A stretch of DNA of 64,000 bases, taken from IMG/VR virus record IMGVR_UViG_3300046660_000488, positions 62,001 through 126,000 of that record; one strand, 5' to 3'. Below are positions 53,074-62,507 of the stretch, one piece after another. Numbering within the stretch: the first letter of the stretch is position 1; every line of letters starts with the position of its first letter. Below the pieces are notes generated by a model that saw nothing but the letters and a program-made list of their open reading frames with translations, searched no databases and was not told where the DNA came from. The position numbers were made by a program, and so were the translations under genes.

Positions 53074-54015
53074 ATGTTGCAGAACCAATACGAAATCCGG
53101 GTGCTGGTCAAAGGCCGCCCCATCGCTGAATACTACCACAACGGCCAGACCTTCATTGAAGGCCGTGACGGCTCCAACTTCGAAATCCAGTTCCGGAACC
53201 TGACCAACCAGCGTGTGGAAGCACTGGTCGCGGTCGATGGTCGTTCGGTAGTGGATGGCGACGAAGCCAGCCCCGAAAGCCGTGGCTTCGTGGTCGCCGC
53301 GCACGAGACCATCGTGATCCCCGGCTGGAAGCTTGACGCTGAACAAGCCGCCGCCTTCCTGTTCGCGGGGAAGCAGCAAAGCTACTCGGCCGCGATGTCA
53401 GGCGGCAAGTCGCACAACACCGGCGTCCTCGGCGTCATGGTGTTCAAGGAGAAGGTCGCACGGACGGCGTTCACCGGCGGTGGCATCATGCGCTCGCGGT
53501 TCGCCTCTCCGGGCGTGTCTCCGCAGATCACCGACTATTCCTACTACGGTGACCCGATCCGTCCTACCTACGGCGCGGCAGGCCATCTGGGTGGCGTCGG
53601 CATGAGCCGTTCGGCGTCTTCGTCGCGCACGAAGGGCATTCCGACGACGCTGGAGAACACCTTCGCTGGCGCGAAGCTGTCGGCTGACACGGCCTACACG
53701 TCGTCCACCATGGACTGGATGGACATGGAGCAAACCCGTAGCATGGCTTCGGTCCAGCCGCAGAACGCCGTCGAGCAGACTCTGGGCACTGGCTTTGGCC
53801 AAGCTCAGGATTTCAAGACGCAGGAGATCGAGTTCAATCGTGGCGATCTCGCGTCGCAGATGGTCCTCTACTACGACGACGCCCGTGGCCTGCGCGCCCG
53901 TGGCATCGAACTGAGCCGTAAGAAGGCGGTTCGCGTGCAGACCACCCAACCGGACGCTTTCCCCGGTTTCAAGAAGCAGACGGGATGCAAGCCGCCTCCC
54001 GGCTGGCAGGGCTAA
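53074..54015 (+). CDS. Conserved hypothetical protein co-transcribed with vWA gene
   Basis: FEIQFRN..RVEA.VAVDG.SV.DG, IPGW, NTGVLGV, TLGTGFG. Confidence 0.8.
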   Translation: MLQNQYEIRVLVKGRPIAEYYHNGQTFIEGRDGSNFEIQFRNLTNQRVEALVAVDGRSVVDGDEASPESRGFVVAAHETIVIPGWKLDAEQAAAFLFAGKQQSYSAAMSGGKSHNTGVLGVMVFKEKVARTAFTGGGIMRSRFASPGVSPQITDYSYYGDPIRPTYGAAGHLGGVGMSRSASSSRTKGIPTTLENTFAGAKLSADTAYTSSTMDWMDMEQTRSMASVQPQNAVEQTLGTGFGQAQDFKTQEIEFNRGDLASQMVLYYDDARGLRARGIELSRKKAVRVQTTQPDAFPGFKKQTGCKPPPGWQG

Positions 54016-54080
54016 TTACGCCGGACCGGCTCGGAGCAATCCGGGTCGGTCCACCCTTCCATTTCCAGCGGATTCCGCCC

Positions 54081-54890
54081 GTGTCCCTCAATTCGCATTT
54101 CCTCGACCTCGACTATCTGAAATCCACCGGTGCTACCCCCGCCTATTTCGGCCTTGGGTTCATCCAACTGAAGATCGACGAACACCGCCGCATCCATTTC
54201 TGGATCGACAAGGGCATCGTCGGCTCCGAAGAGACCCACGACCATCGCTATCCGTTCTACTCGGAAGTCCTGAAGGGCTACATCGAGAATTACGACTTCA
54301 CGTTCATCCCCAACGTGAACGGCGAGTTCGAAATGGTCTCCGTCTCTTGCGACCCTGAAAACCCAGCGCCGCAGCACGGCCGCAAGGCTGGCCACATGGA
54401 GCAGACCGGCTACCAAGCGCTGTCGGCCGGTTCCGGCTACAACATCCAAGCGGGCCGTTTCCACCAGAGCTACGCCGATCCCGGCACGGTCACCCTGCTG
54501 ACACGTGGCGAAACGCGGTTCAAGTACGCCAATGTCATCCGTGGTCGGAATGACAAGGCCATCTGTGCGTTCTCGAAGACGCTCAGCGTCGAGGAATGCT
54601 GGGAGAAGATCGCCGAAATTCTCAACCCCGCGCCCAAGGGCAAGCCCGGCTACCATCTGGCCGAAATTCCCAAGGGGGAAGTGGGCGAGGTCTCGAAGAT
54701 CGTCGAGGAAGCCCTTGAGCTTCAGGATTTCGATCAGCAGCGGACTGCGGTCGGCGGCCTCGTGGAACTGTCCGATCTCGTCGGCGCCATCGAAGCCTAT
54801 CTGGCCAAGCACCATCCGTCGATTGGCCTGAGCGACCTGAAGACCTTCGCCGACATCACCAAGCGGGTATTCGAAAATGGACACCGTTGA
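54081..54890 (+). CDS. Cupin-like domain fused to a MazG-like helical domain
   Basis: HDHRYPFYSEVLKG...GRFHQ (cupin); GEVSKIVEEALEL...ELSDLVGA (MazG-like). Confidence 0.65.
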   Translation: MSLNSHFLDLDYLKSTGATPAYFGLGFIQLKIDEHRRIHFWIDKGIVGSEETHDHRYPFYSEVLKGYIENYDFTFIPNVNGEFEMVSVSCDPENPAPQHGRKAGHMEQTGYQALSAGSGYNIQAGRFHQSYADPGTVTLLTRGETRFKYANVIRGRNDKAICAFSKTLSVEECWEKIAEILNPAPKGKPGYHLAEIPKGEVGEVSKIVEEALELQDFDQQRTAVGGLVELSDLVGAIEAYLAKHHPSIGLSDLKTFADITKRVFENGHR

Positions 54891-55473
54891 AAGCTGGGAG
54901 CGCCTGACAAAGACGCTTCGCCATTTCTCCAACACCGGGTTCGCTTACAAAGACGCGCCGTGGATGGTCCCTTACGAGTTCAACATGGCGACCTGTCCGG
55001 ATGAATTGTTTCTCGTCGAATCGCAGGTCGGCTACCACGTTGGCTCGGCAGAGCAAAGCTTCATCTGCCTTGACCACAATGGGTGGCTTGAGAAGGGTAA
55101 ATATTGCGCGCTTACGCCATGTTTCCGCAATGAATTTGTTCTGGATGAGCTTCATCAGCAAGGTTTCATGAAGGTGGAGCTATATCAGACGGATGATGTC
55201 ACCGACGAAGCACTGCTGTATTTGGCCCGCGCCTGCCGATGGCATTATGTCGCATTGGCAGAGGCTGCGCTTGGTGGCACAAATACGACCCAAGAGTGCA
55301 TTAACCTTTTGGAAACCTCTGAAGGCTTCGATATAGAGTGGAATGGGATCGAGCTTGGCTCGTACGGTCGTCGCTCATGGCGCGGACTGACGTGGCTATA
55401 CGGTACTGCACTTGCAGAACCGAGGTTTTCCAAGGCTTTACGACGGAATCTTGAAACGGTTAAAAACGTATAA
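54877..55473 (+). CDS. Truncated class II aminoacyl-tRNA-synthetase-like enzyme
   Basis: GSAEQSF, motif 2-like TPCFRNE..LHQ.GFMKVEL, DIE.NGIELGSYG, motif 3-like GTALAEPRF. Confidence 0.65.
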   Translation: MDTVESWERLTKTLRHFSNTGFAYKDAPWMVPYEFNMATCPDELFLVESQVGYHVGSAEQSFICLDHNGWLEKGKYCALTPCFRNEFVLDELHQQGFMKVELYQTDDVTDEALLYLARACRWHYVALAEAALGGTNTTQECINLLETSEGFDIEWNGIELGSYGRRSWRGLTWLYGTALAEPRFSKALRRNLETVKNV

Positions 55474-55627
55474 TATCCGCCCAAATCGAGCTTGACGGGT
55501 TGTCGCACCCATGGCTAAGGTTGCGACATATTGTCGGTGGGAAACCAATCTCGAAAGAGAGTGGTTGACAATTTTGCACAGGAATAGCACCTTCGCCTAA
55601 CGAGCCTACAGGCTCGGGAGGTTACTC

Positions 55628-56080
55628 TTGTTTATGGAAAATTCGTCGTTCACCCTCAGCGAGGTTGAAGCACCGTGCGTCAACGACATGGCGATCATGT
55701 CGTTCAACGCTTCGATGACGGCAGACAAGTTCTCGCTTACATCGTTGAAGGCGACAGAGATTTTGTCTCTGCACTCACGCCGCAAGAGCGACAAGTCTGA
55801 AGACCTATCGGACCTCCTGCACTCGAAGATCGACGGATTGCTCGGCTTCATGCTGACGACATTCAGGCCCACCGCGTCGTTCGATTCAGTCACGGACGCG
55901 ATGGACAAGCCGATAACTGCGAACGGTCTGAACCCGTTCGATCTGGCGGCCATCGACGAGGGCGCCATTCCGGTGGCCATCGTCCGGACCTTGGCGAAAT
56001 GCCGGGTTGATTTCGACCATCACAAGCTTCGCAACTGGTCACCATTCGCGACCAGATACGCCGCTCAGCTACTCGCTTAG
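55628..56080 (+). CDS. Hypothetical protein
   Basis: GGAGG upstream. Confidence 0.6.
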   Translation: MFMENSSFTLSEVEAPCVNDMAIMSFNASMTADKFSLTSLKATEILSLHSRRKSDKSEDLSDLLHSKIDGLLGFMLTTFRPTASFDSVTDAMDKPITANGLNPFDLAAIDEGAIPVAIVRTLAKCRVDFDHHKLRNWSPFATRYAAQLLA

Positions 56081-56491
56081 CTGAGACATCCGCCAGTCGA
56101 TGTACTCGCCTCGATCCGCCCAGCGGGCTGGATCGGTCTTGTACGTATCGCGTAGGGCGGGCTCCAACGCATCAAGCTGCTCCAGACTGAAACGCTCGAC
56201 GACCGGTTGGTTCGGGTCGCGCATGATCCTGACGATCATGTGCGCGGCTGCGCGATACGCTTCCTGCGTATGCGGGCGTTGCTCGTTGTACTCGCCCTCG
56301 TCCTTGCCGGTGTTCTTGGCCGGAAGCTCGTCGAAATAGTAGGCCCCCATCTGGAAGCCGAACAGGTACTCGTAGATGTCGCCCGCGATATAGTCCTCTT
56401 GGACGTCAGGCGGCGAGGCGCGAAAATGCTCCTTCCAGAACACCCCGCGCAGCTTGGCGGCGTCGAATGCGCTATCAAGTTCATCTGACAT
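56069..56491 (-). CDS. Hypothetical protein
   Basis: Good codon bias. Confidence 0.65.
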   Translation of the reverse strand: MSDELDSAFDAAKLRGVFWKEHFRASPPDVQEDYIAGDIYEYLFGFQMGAYYFDELPAKNTGKDEGEYNEQRPHTQEAYRAAAHMIVRIMRDPNQPVVERFSLEQLDALEPALRDTYKTDPARWADRGEYIDWRMSQLSE

Positions 56492-56625
56492 TTTCGTACA
56501 CCACCTGTTGACAGGCCAAACTCAGGCGCGTATCAGCCGCGTCCTGTCTCAACGATCTCAGGGAGGTCACACATGATGAGCGCTCCCGTATCGTGGATTT
56601 GCTCGGCCGCAGCGATATCGCTCGG

Positions 56626-56835
56626 CTAATCAGCCCTTAGCAGGGGCTTTTCATCATCGGCTTTGACTAGCGGCTTGGCGCCAGCGTTTTGACGCGCGCG
56701 CTCCATGACGCTCTCAATCGACTCGCCCCTCAAGGCGAGGATGATGCGCGCCACCGCGACACTCAGACCGGCTACCAGCATCTGGAAGCCGATGAAGTGC
56801 CAAAAATCCCCAAGAACGAATTTGATAATTTCCAT
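56626..56835 (-). CDS. Small membrane protein
   Basis: MEIIKFVLGDFWHFIG hydrophobic N-terminus. Confidence 0.6.
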   Translation of the reverse strand: MEIIKFVLGDFWHFIGFQMLVAGLSVAVARIILALRGESIESVMERARQNAGAKPLVKADDEKPLLRAD

Positions 56836-56924
56836 GACCTGATGATGCGGGACATGGAAATTGCGGTCAATTTTTGTATGTGGGATATTTCGTTTACCAG
56901 ATAATTTAAGAGGGGGACCACCCC

Positions 56925-58013
56925 ATGGAACTGATCACGAAACTGTCGGACGCCAAGCTGATCTCGCCGCCCAAGTGGCTTGCGGCTGGGACGGTCTACG
57001 CCACGATCACGGGCTCGATGGCCTATGGCGTCAACTTGGACGACTCGGATCAGGACGTCTATGGCGTTGCGATCCCGCCCAAGCAAGTCATCTTCCCGCA
57101 CACCAACGGCGTCATCGCCGGGTTCGGGGACCAAGGTGAAGTGTTCGAGCAATGGACCGAACACCACATCAAGGACCCTAGCGGCCGGATGGAGTACGAC
57201 TTCACGATCAGCAGCATCGTGAAGTATTTCCAACTGTGCATGCAGAACAACCCGAACATGATCGACACCCTGTTCACGCCTGACAACTGCGTGATCCATC
57301 GCACCCCGATCAGCGACCTCATCCGGACCAACCGGCGGATGTTCCTGCACAAGGGCGCGTGGCACAAGTTCAAGGGCTACGCCTTCTCGCAGATGGCGCG
57401 CTACACGTCGGCCAACGAAAACCAGAAAGTCGGCCGGGTCGTGAAGTACATGCTGGATCACGAGATCGCCAACGAGGATTTCTATCTGCGTCTCATGGCA
57501 GAATCCACTCGCCGGACCATCCTGAGTGACGGGGGTGAATATACCAGCGAGGGCAATACTGGCATGCGGCATCTGTCCGACAAAGAGTTGGTCGATTTCG
57601 CTGGGATGGTCAAAGGCCTGACTGAGCGCCAGATCAAGACGGTCGAGGCGGGCATGGACACCAAGTCCATGTACCACATCGTCCGCCTGATGAACGAGGT
57701 CGAGCAAATCTTGACGACCGGTGATCTGGACCTCCAGCAGAACCGGGAGCAGATGAAATCGGTCCGTCGTGGCGAATGGACTGTCGAGCGCATGAAGGAA
57801 TGGTTCGAGACCAAGGAAATCTCGCTGGAACAGGTCTATCTGGACAGCAAGCTTCCTCACAGTCCTGACGAAGACGCGATCCGTCGCTTGCTTCTTCAGT
57901 GCTTGGAACAGGCCTACGGCAACCTCGACAACCTGATCAATCGGGAAGTCGATCACGGGAAGCTGGCCTTGATGCGAGACATCCGCGCCTTGCTGGAAAC
58001 GCACGGCGGGTAG
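56925..58013 (+). CDS. Pol-beta-type nucleotidyltransferase (RlaP/NrdC.11-like)
   Basis: TGSMAYG...SDQDVYGV, NNPN.IDTLF, KGYA, K..YH.VRL. Confidence 0.85.
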   Translation: MELITKLSDAKLISPPKWLAAGTVYATITGSMAYGVNLDDSDQDVYGVAIPPKQVIFPHTNGVIAGFGDQGEVFEQWTEHHIKDPSGRMEYDFTISSIVKYFQLCMQNNPNMIDTLFTPDNCVIHRTPISDLIRTNRRMFLHKGAWHKFKGYAFSQMARYTSANENQKVGRVVKYMLDHEIANEDFYLRLMAESTRRTILSDGGEYTSEGNTGMRHLSDKELVDFAGMVKGLTERQIKTVEAGMDTKSMYHIVRLMNEVEQILTTGDLDLQQNREQMKSVRRGEWTVERMKEWFETKEISLEQVYLDSKLPHSPDEDAIRRLLLQCLEQAYGNLDNLINREVDHGKLALMRDIRALLETHGG

Positions 58014-58092
58014 TATTCGTAGTATAGGCACTTGACTGTGCTTCAAAAAAGTGTAGAGTCCTCCTTGTCATCACGACAAGGAGGACTTTCGC

Positions 58093-58329
58093 ATGAGCAC
58101 TAAAGCTGAGCGCGCCGCCAAGGCTTTCGCCGCTTTCCAGCGTAAGGTCGCCCGGATGGATCGTCCGACGCTCGAAGCGTTCGTGAAAGACGTCAACATT
58201 CGTGAATGGGAAGCTCGCGAGCGGTTCAATAAGAGCCGCAGCGTCCGCGACAGCGAGGGCTACGCCAAGCGTCGTCAGGAAGCGAGCCACGCCAAATCGG
58301 TCCTGAACGGCCTTCCGAAGGCCGACTGA
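58093..58329 (+). CDS. Small basic protein
   Basis: TTGACT-N17-TAGAGT promoter, AAGGAGG RBS. Confidence 0.75.
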   Translation: MSTKAERAAKAFAAFQRKVARMDRPTLEAFVKDVNIREWEARERFNKSRSVRDSEGYAKRRQEASHAKSVLNGLPKAD

Positions 58330-58331
58330 TC

Positions 58332-58574
58332 ATGGTCACGAAGATCAACAAGCGCAACGACCACGGCGTCAAGGACTCGATGTACATGTACCGCACCGTC
58401 AAGGGCGTGCACTACATCCAGTGGGCGATCTACGCCACGCCGGAGCGCGTGAAGGCGTACCGTGAAGCGGGCGTCAGCGTCCGCAAATTCGTCGGCGAAT
58501 TCTTCATCCCCGAAACTGACAAGGACAAGGCCGCCGCTGTCGATCTGCGTCTCGGCGAAGACAAGTGGTGGTGA
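58332..58574 (+). CDS. Hypothetical protein
   Basis: Operon packing. Confidence 0.7.
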   Translation: MVTKINKRNDHGVKDSMYMYRTVKGVHYIQWAIYATPERVKAYREAGVSVRKFVGEFFIPETDKDKAAAVDLRLGEDKWW

Positions 58575-58882
58575 TGCAGACCCTGTCGGGCATCTACGAC
58601 GGGCACGAGGCCGTCGTCCTCTATGAGGGCGACGACAAGCCCGTGCACGTCTTCGTCTGGCTGATCGCCCAAGAAATGGTGCTGATCGACGAGACCGTGC
58701 CCCGCGTGAAGGTCGCCAGCGCTTGGCTTGCATCGAAGCTTGGAACCTACCAGACCATGCACCTGCTGTGGGACCACGGTATTCCGGAGACCAGCCTGCT
58801 CTGGGATTTGAACCACACCGGCAAGCCATCGGACGAGTATCTGAGGGCTGAGTTTGGCGAGCCGAAGTCTCTGTCGAAATAA
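58574..58882 (+). CDS. Hypothetical protein
   Basis: TGATG overlap. Confidence 0.65.
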   Translation: MQTLSGIYDGHEAVVLYEGDDKPVHVFVWLIAQEMVLIDETVPRVKVASAWLASKLGTYQTMHLLWDHGIPETSLLWDLNHTGKPSDEYLRAEFGEPKSLSK

Positions 58883-58965
58883 TCAAGCAAAGATGCGAAA
58901 CTCTGCTTGACGCGGATCGAAAAGTCTATATAAATAGCTCCAACGACCACTTGGAGACCAAACGC

Positions 58966-60291
58966 ATGCGCGCTCGCGAAATCAACCTGCCGGAAAGCCT
59001 CGCCGACGTCCCCACCGTGATCCAAGGGATGCTGCTGAAGCTGCGGAAGGATCAAGGCGCGAGCCTGAACGCCAAGCTGCTGGCCGGTATCTTCACCCTG
59101 CCGGATTTCCACGGCTGGACGATGACCAACGAAAAGATGATGCGTCCGTCGAACGGCGGCTGGGTCCTGTCCACCACGCCTTGGGGCATGTGGTACAAGG
59201 ACGCCGCCAGTTCGAGCATGTCGTCGCTGGGCAAGAACGGCCACATCAGCACGGCGGCCTATTACCACGTCAAGGACAAGCCGGAAGATGCGTGGGACAT
59301 CCGTCGCCGCGAATCGGTCGAGAAGGGCCTCGCCAACCTCGATTTCTTCAAGGCGAACCTGTCCAAGAAAGGTCGCTGGGAAATGCAGAATTTCCGCGCG
59401 ACCGAATTCTCGAACGAGCGCCAGACCGGCATCAAGTTTGAATTCGATTTCTACACCATGAACTCGGTGTACAACATCACCTCGCCGCAGGGCGAGACCT
59501 ACATGGTCGGCGGCGACTACAAGAACGGCGCCGCTGTGCAGACGACCTTCCCCATGTTCTTCGAATGGGCCAAGGAAAACACCAACTTCATGGACTGCGT
59601 GCTCTCCGCCCTGAAGATGGAGCCCCACGCGAAGAAGGAAGACCCGAAGTCGCGCTACGTCCCGCCGCACACGGCCTCGGCTGAAGAGAAGAAGGTCTAT
59701 GCCCTTCTGACCAGCATGACGGACGACATCGCCGCCGAGCAGCGCAAGAAATACTACGACTGGAACGTCGCCAGCATCGAGCGTTTCACTGAGTTGCGCG
59801 CGGCTGGCGACAAGGAAGCGATCAAGCGCTTCGCCCAGAACCACTCGGGCCTGCTGGGCGCCGTCTGGGACCGCGAAGCCAAGAAACTGAGCGCCGACTG
59901 GAAGGCCAAGCTCGAAAAGTATGTCGCCGACATCATCGCAGGCATGCAGAACATGTTCGTCCGCAAGAACACCCGCAAGCTGGCTTCGATCCTGTCGGCC
60001 AAGGGCAACATGAAGGAAGAGAAGGTTCTGTCGATCCGCGCCACCAATCAAGGCACCATCGACGCCCGGATGCTCTTCACCTTCGAAGACGGTTCGTCGT
60101 TCCAGACCAGCCAGTCCACCGAATGGTCGCACGCCAGCGACTACTGGGGCCGGGTGACCGAATTCCTGCGCTTCCCGACCCGCTTCCACGACGTGGTCCT
60201 GCCGAACGGCGAGAAGATGAAGGGTCCTTCGGAAGAGCAAATGAACACCGTGTTCGTCGGCGCCCCGTCCGGCGCGACGATGGATTACTGA
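58966..60291 (+). CDS. Probable virion-packaged protein (MRARE N-terminus)
   Basis: TAAATA at 58931-58936, GGAG RBS. Confidence 0.75.
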   Translation: MRAREINLPESLADVPTVIQGMLLKLRKDQGASLNAKLLAGIFTLPDFHGWTMTNEKMMRPSNGGWVLSTTPWGMWYKDAASSSMSSLGKNGHISTAAYYHVKDKPEDAWDIRRRESVEKGLANLDFFKANLSKKGRWEMQNFRATEFSNERQTGIKFEFDFYTMNSVYNITSPQGETYMVGGDYKNGAAVQTTFPMFFEWAKENTNFMDCVLSALKMEPHAKKEDPKSRYVPPHTASAEEKKVYALLTSMTDDIAAEQRKKYYDWNVASIERFTELRAAGDKEAIKRFAQNHSGLLGAVWDREAKKLSADWKAKLEKYVADIIAGMQNMFVRKNTRKLASILSAKGNMKEEKVLSIRATNQGTIDARMLFTFEDGSSFQTSQSTEWSHASDYWGRVTEFLRFPTRFHDVVLPNGEKMKGPSEEQMNTVFVGAPSGATMDY

Positions 60292-60310
60292 TTGCATCTG
60301 ATTGCATCTG

Positions 60311-60348
60311 AGCCCCGTCTGGTTTACGAAAAGCCAAACGGGGCTTTT
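60311..60348 (+). terminator. Intrinsic terminator
   Basis: AGCCCCGT/ACGGGGCT plus TTT. Confidence 0.7.
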
Positions 60349-60350
60349 GC

Positions 60351-60884
60351 ATGTCTGGGCAGTACGACAAGACGCGGGGTCGAGCGATCCGCGACATCGC
60401 CCTGAAAGCGGCGTACCACGGCACGTATCACACGGCCGCACGGCTCGTGGAAGAGTACCAGCTTGCGTTCATGGATCGGAAGCTGATCGTCTCCTACATG
60501 CTGGTCCGGCGCTCATCCACGCGCCAGCACGATTACTCACACGCGGCGATCACCGTCACCAACGGCTCGCGGTGGACGGCCCGGCTGACCATCAAGGTCG
60601 CCGACGACGATCCGATGTGGCATTGTGAGAAGACCGATTTCCAAGGCAACACCACCGTTTTCTCGCAAGGCCACGACCTAGAGTTCGCGCCGGGTGTCGA
60701 GCAGATCAAGAGCGAGCTTAAGCGCCGCATGATCAACGCATCGACCGTGACCGCCATCGGCATCTGGCTCTGCAAATACGGCAAAGAGACGGAATTCTGG
60801 TTTAGCGGCTTGGGCGATCAGGAAGCTGCTGGTAGACACTTCGACACCGATTACACCCTGTTCAAACTCTCGGATTTTGACTGA
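60351..60884 (+). CDS. Hypothetical protein
   Basis: C-terminal DYTLFKLSDF motif variant. Confidence 0.65.
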   Translation: MSGQYDKTRGRAIRDIALKAAYHGTYHTAARLVEEYQLAFMDRKLIVSYMLVRRSSTRQHDYSHAAITVTNGSRWTARLTIKVADDDPMWHCEKTDFQGNTTVFSQGHDLEFAPGVEQIKSELKRRMINASTVTAIGIWLCKYGKETEFWFSGLGDQEAAGRHFDTDYTLFKLSDFD

Positions 60885-61270
60885 TGGCTCGCACGACACC
60901 AACCGCTCCGCAATTTCGTTCAACGCAGACGAAGTTGTTCCATGCGACGAAAGCCGCGCTCGACGAAGTCAACGCCAAGATGACCGTCGCGTACGAGGGC
61001 ATGATCGAGAACACCATGTCGCGACGCCACGTGTCGCTGCTGTTCCAGAAGCCGGACCGTGAGCAGGCCGAGAAAATGATCCAGCGGACCACGCCCGGAT
61101 ACTGGGATTACTGGCGGCTCGAAAATGACCAAGCGAAGCTGCACAATTTCTTCCTGTCCCTCGACAACAACATCATCGAGGAAGAGGTCGCGGTTGGTGA
61201 GGATATCCTGCGGATCATCCGCATCCATTCTGATATCCGGTTCCTCGGAATTGTCGAAGAAAGCACTTGA
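60884..61270 (+). CDS. Hypothetical protein
   Basis: TGATG overlap. Confidence 0.65.
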   Translation: MARTTPTAPQFRSTQTKLFHATKAALDEVNAKMTVAYEGMIENTMSRRHVSLLFQKPDREQAEKMIQRTTPGYWDYWRLENDQAKLHNFFLSLDNNIIEEEVAVGEDILRIIRIHSDIRFLGIVEEST

Positions 61271-61322
61271 CGGATATAATCTGGTGCACTAAATGTAGGT
61301 CATCGATTGAGAGATCGGTTGT

Positions 61323-61400
61323 GACGCGGTGTCCCGAGTCGGCTAGGTACGTGGTCCGCAAGATCATGGCACGGTGGTTCAAGTCCATCCCGCGTCACCA
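61323..61400 (+). tRNA. Atypical tRNA with GCA anticodon (C33, A73)
   Basis: GACGCGG/CCGCGTC, GTGGT-CCGCAAG-ATCAT, GGTTCAAGTCC, CCA. Confidence 0.65.
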
Positions 61401-61420
61401 ATCTCTCTCAGCGATTTTAT

Positions 61421-61497
61421 GACGGCATGGCAGAGTGACTATGCACCAGATTGCAAATCTGGATTAGGGGTCGGTTAAAATCCCCCTGTCGTCTCCA
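61421..61497 (+). tRNA. tRNA-Cys(GCA) with degenerate T arm
   Basis: GACGGCA/TGTCGTC, CCAGA-TTGCAAA-TCTGG, U73-CCA; T loop lacks TTCG. Confidence 0.7.
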
Positions 61498-61504
61498 AGG
61501 TTTC

Positions 61505-61580
61505 GGGGCCTTAGCTCAGTTGGTAGAGCGCCTGCTTTGCAAGCAGGATGTCATCGGTTCGAGTCCGATAGGCTCCACCA
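61505..61580 (+). tRNA. tRNA-Ala(TGC)
   Basis: CCTGC-TTTGCAA-GCAGG, G3.U70, CCA. Confidence 0.96.
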
Positions 61581-61600
61581 TTCCCCAGTCAGAGACGCGC

Positions 61601-61963
61601 ATGACCGCTCGCGAAATCCCTCCGGTTCCAACGTCCCCGGAGACGCTTGAAGCATGGATCGCGTTCCTGCGTACGGCCACGCCGCTGGAGCGGCAGTGCG
61701 CGAAGATCAAACTCAATAGCGTCTGGCCGAATAGCCCTCCGATAACGGCGAGCCTGAAGGTCATGCACGACAATCCTCGGCTCATGGAGAGCCTGACACA
61801 AACCGGTCAGGAATCTCTGCGGCTGCTGTTCGCGGGTGAAAGCTTGAGCGAATTCTACCGCGACAACCCCCTTGAACCTCTTCCTGATACGGACTCCGTG
61901 ATGGGAACGCTCCCGCCGCTGGAAGGCCTGCCCACCCTTACGGAGCCCAAAGATGCCGGTTGA
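61601..61963 (+). CDS. Hypothetical protein
   Basis: Start MTAREIPP after tRNA-Ala. Confidence 0.6.
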   Translation: MTAREIPPVPTSPETLEAWIAFLRTATPLERQCAKIKLNSVWPNSPPITASLKVMHDNPRLMESLTQTGQESLRLLFAGESLSEFYRDNPLEPLPDTDSVMGTLPPLEGLPTLTEPKDAG

Positions 61964-62507
61964 GAATGAGCGCAAGTACGTCCTCGCGGTCGATGAGCCC
62001 TATGCGTTCCGTGACGAATTGCTGGCGCGCACCGGCGCCCGCAGCCAGCGCATCCAGCAAGGCTACGTCGGTGAGCACATTCGCTTCCGGCTGTCCCAGA
62101 CGGCGTCGTATCTGCGGACGTTCAACGCCTTCATGACCTTCAAGATGAAGGTCGGGGACGAACTGATCGAGATCGAGACCGACATGGCGCTCGCTGATTT
62201 CCGCAAGCTCTGGGAGTCCGACAAGGTCGAGCGCAAGCTTATCAAGGAACGCATCTGCGTTCCGCACTACAACAACACGTGGGAAGTCGATTTCTTCATC
62301 GAACCGGCCGACGTCGGCAATGGATTCGAGAAAATCTACATGGTCATGGCAGAGGTCGAACTGCCGCCCGGCAGGCTCCTGCCGTCAAGCGTGCCGAAAT
62401 TCATCAACGACAACCTGATCTATTTGGTTGAGCCCAACGACCTGCGGTTCGTCAACGCCCGCCTCGGCACGCCGGACGAGGTCCGCGCACTGGTCGCCAG
62501 CCTCTAG
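61953..62507 (+). CDS. CYTH-domain triphosphatase-like protein
   Basis: ENERKY (ExExK), IQQGY, EIE, KERI, WEVDFF, MAEVEL. Confidence 0.88.
   Translation: MPVENERKYVLAVDEPYAFRDELLARTGARSQRIQQGYVGEHIRFRLSQTASYLRTFNAFMTFKMKVGDELIEIETDMALADFRKLWESDKVERKLIKERICVPHYNNTWEVDFFIEPADVGNGFEKIYMVMAEVELPPGRLLPSSVPKFINDNLIYLVEPNDLRFVNARLGTPDEVRALVASL

Noticed and set aside
60289-60311. Tandem repeat TGATTGCATC x2
   Set aside because: Only two copies, at a stop codon/terminator junction; no further pattern.
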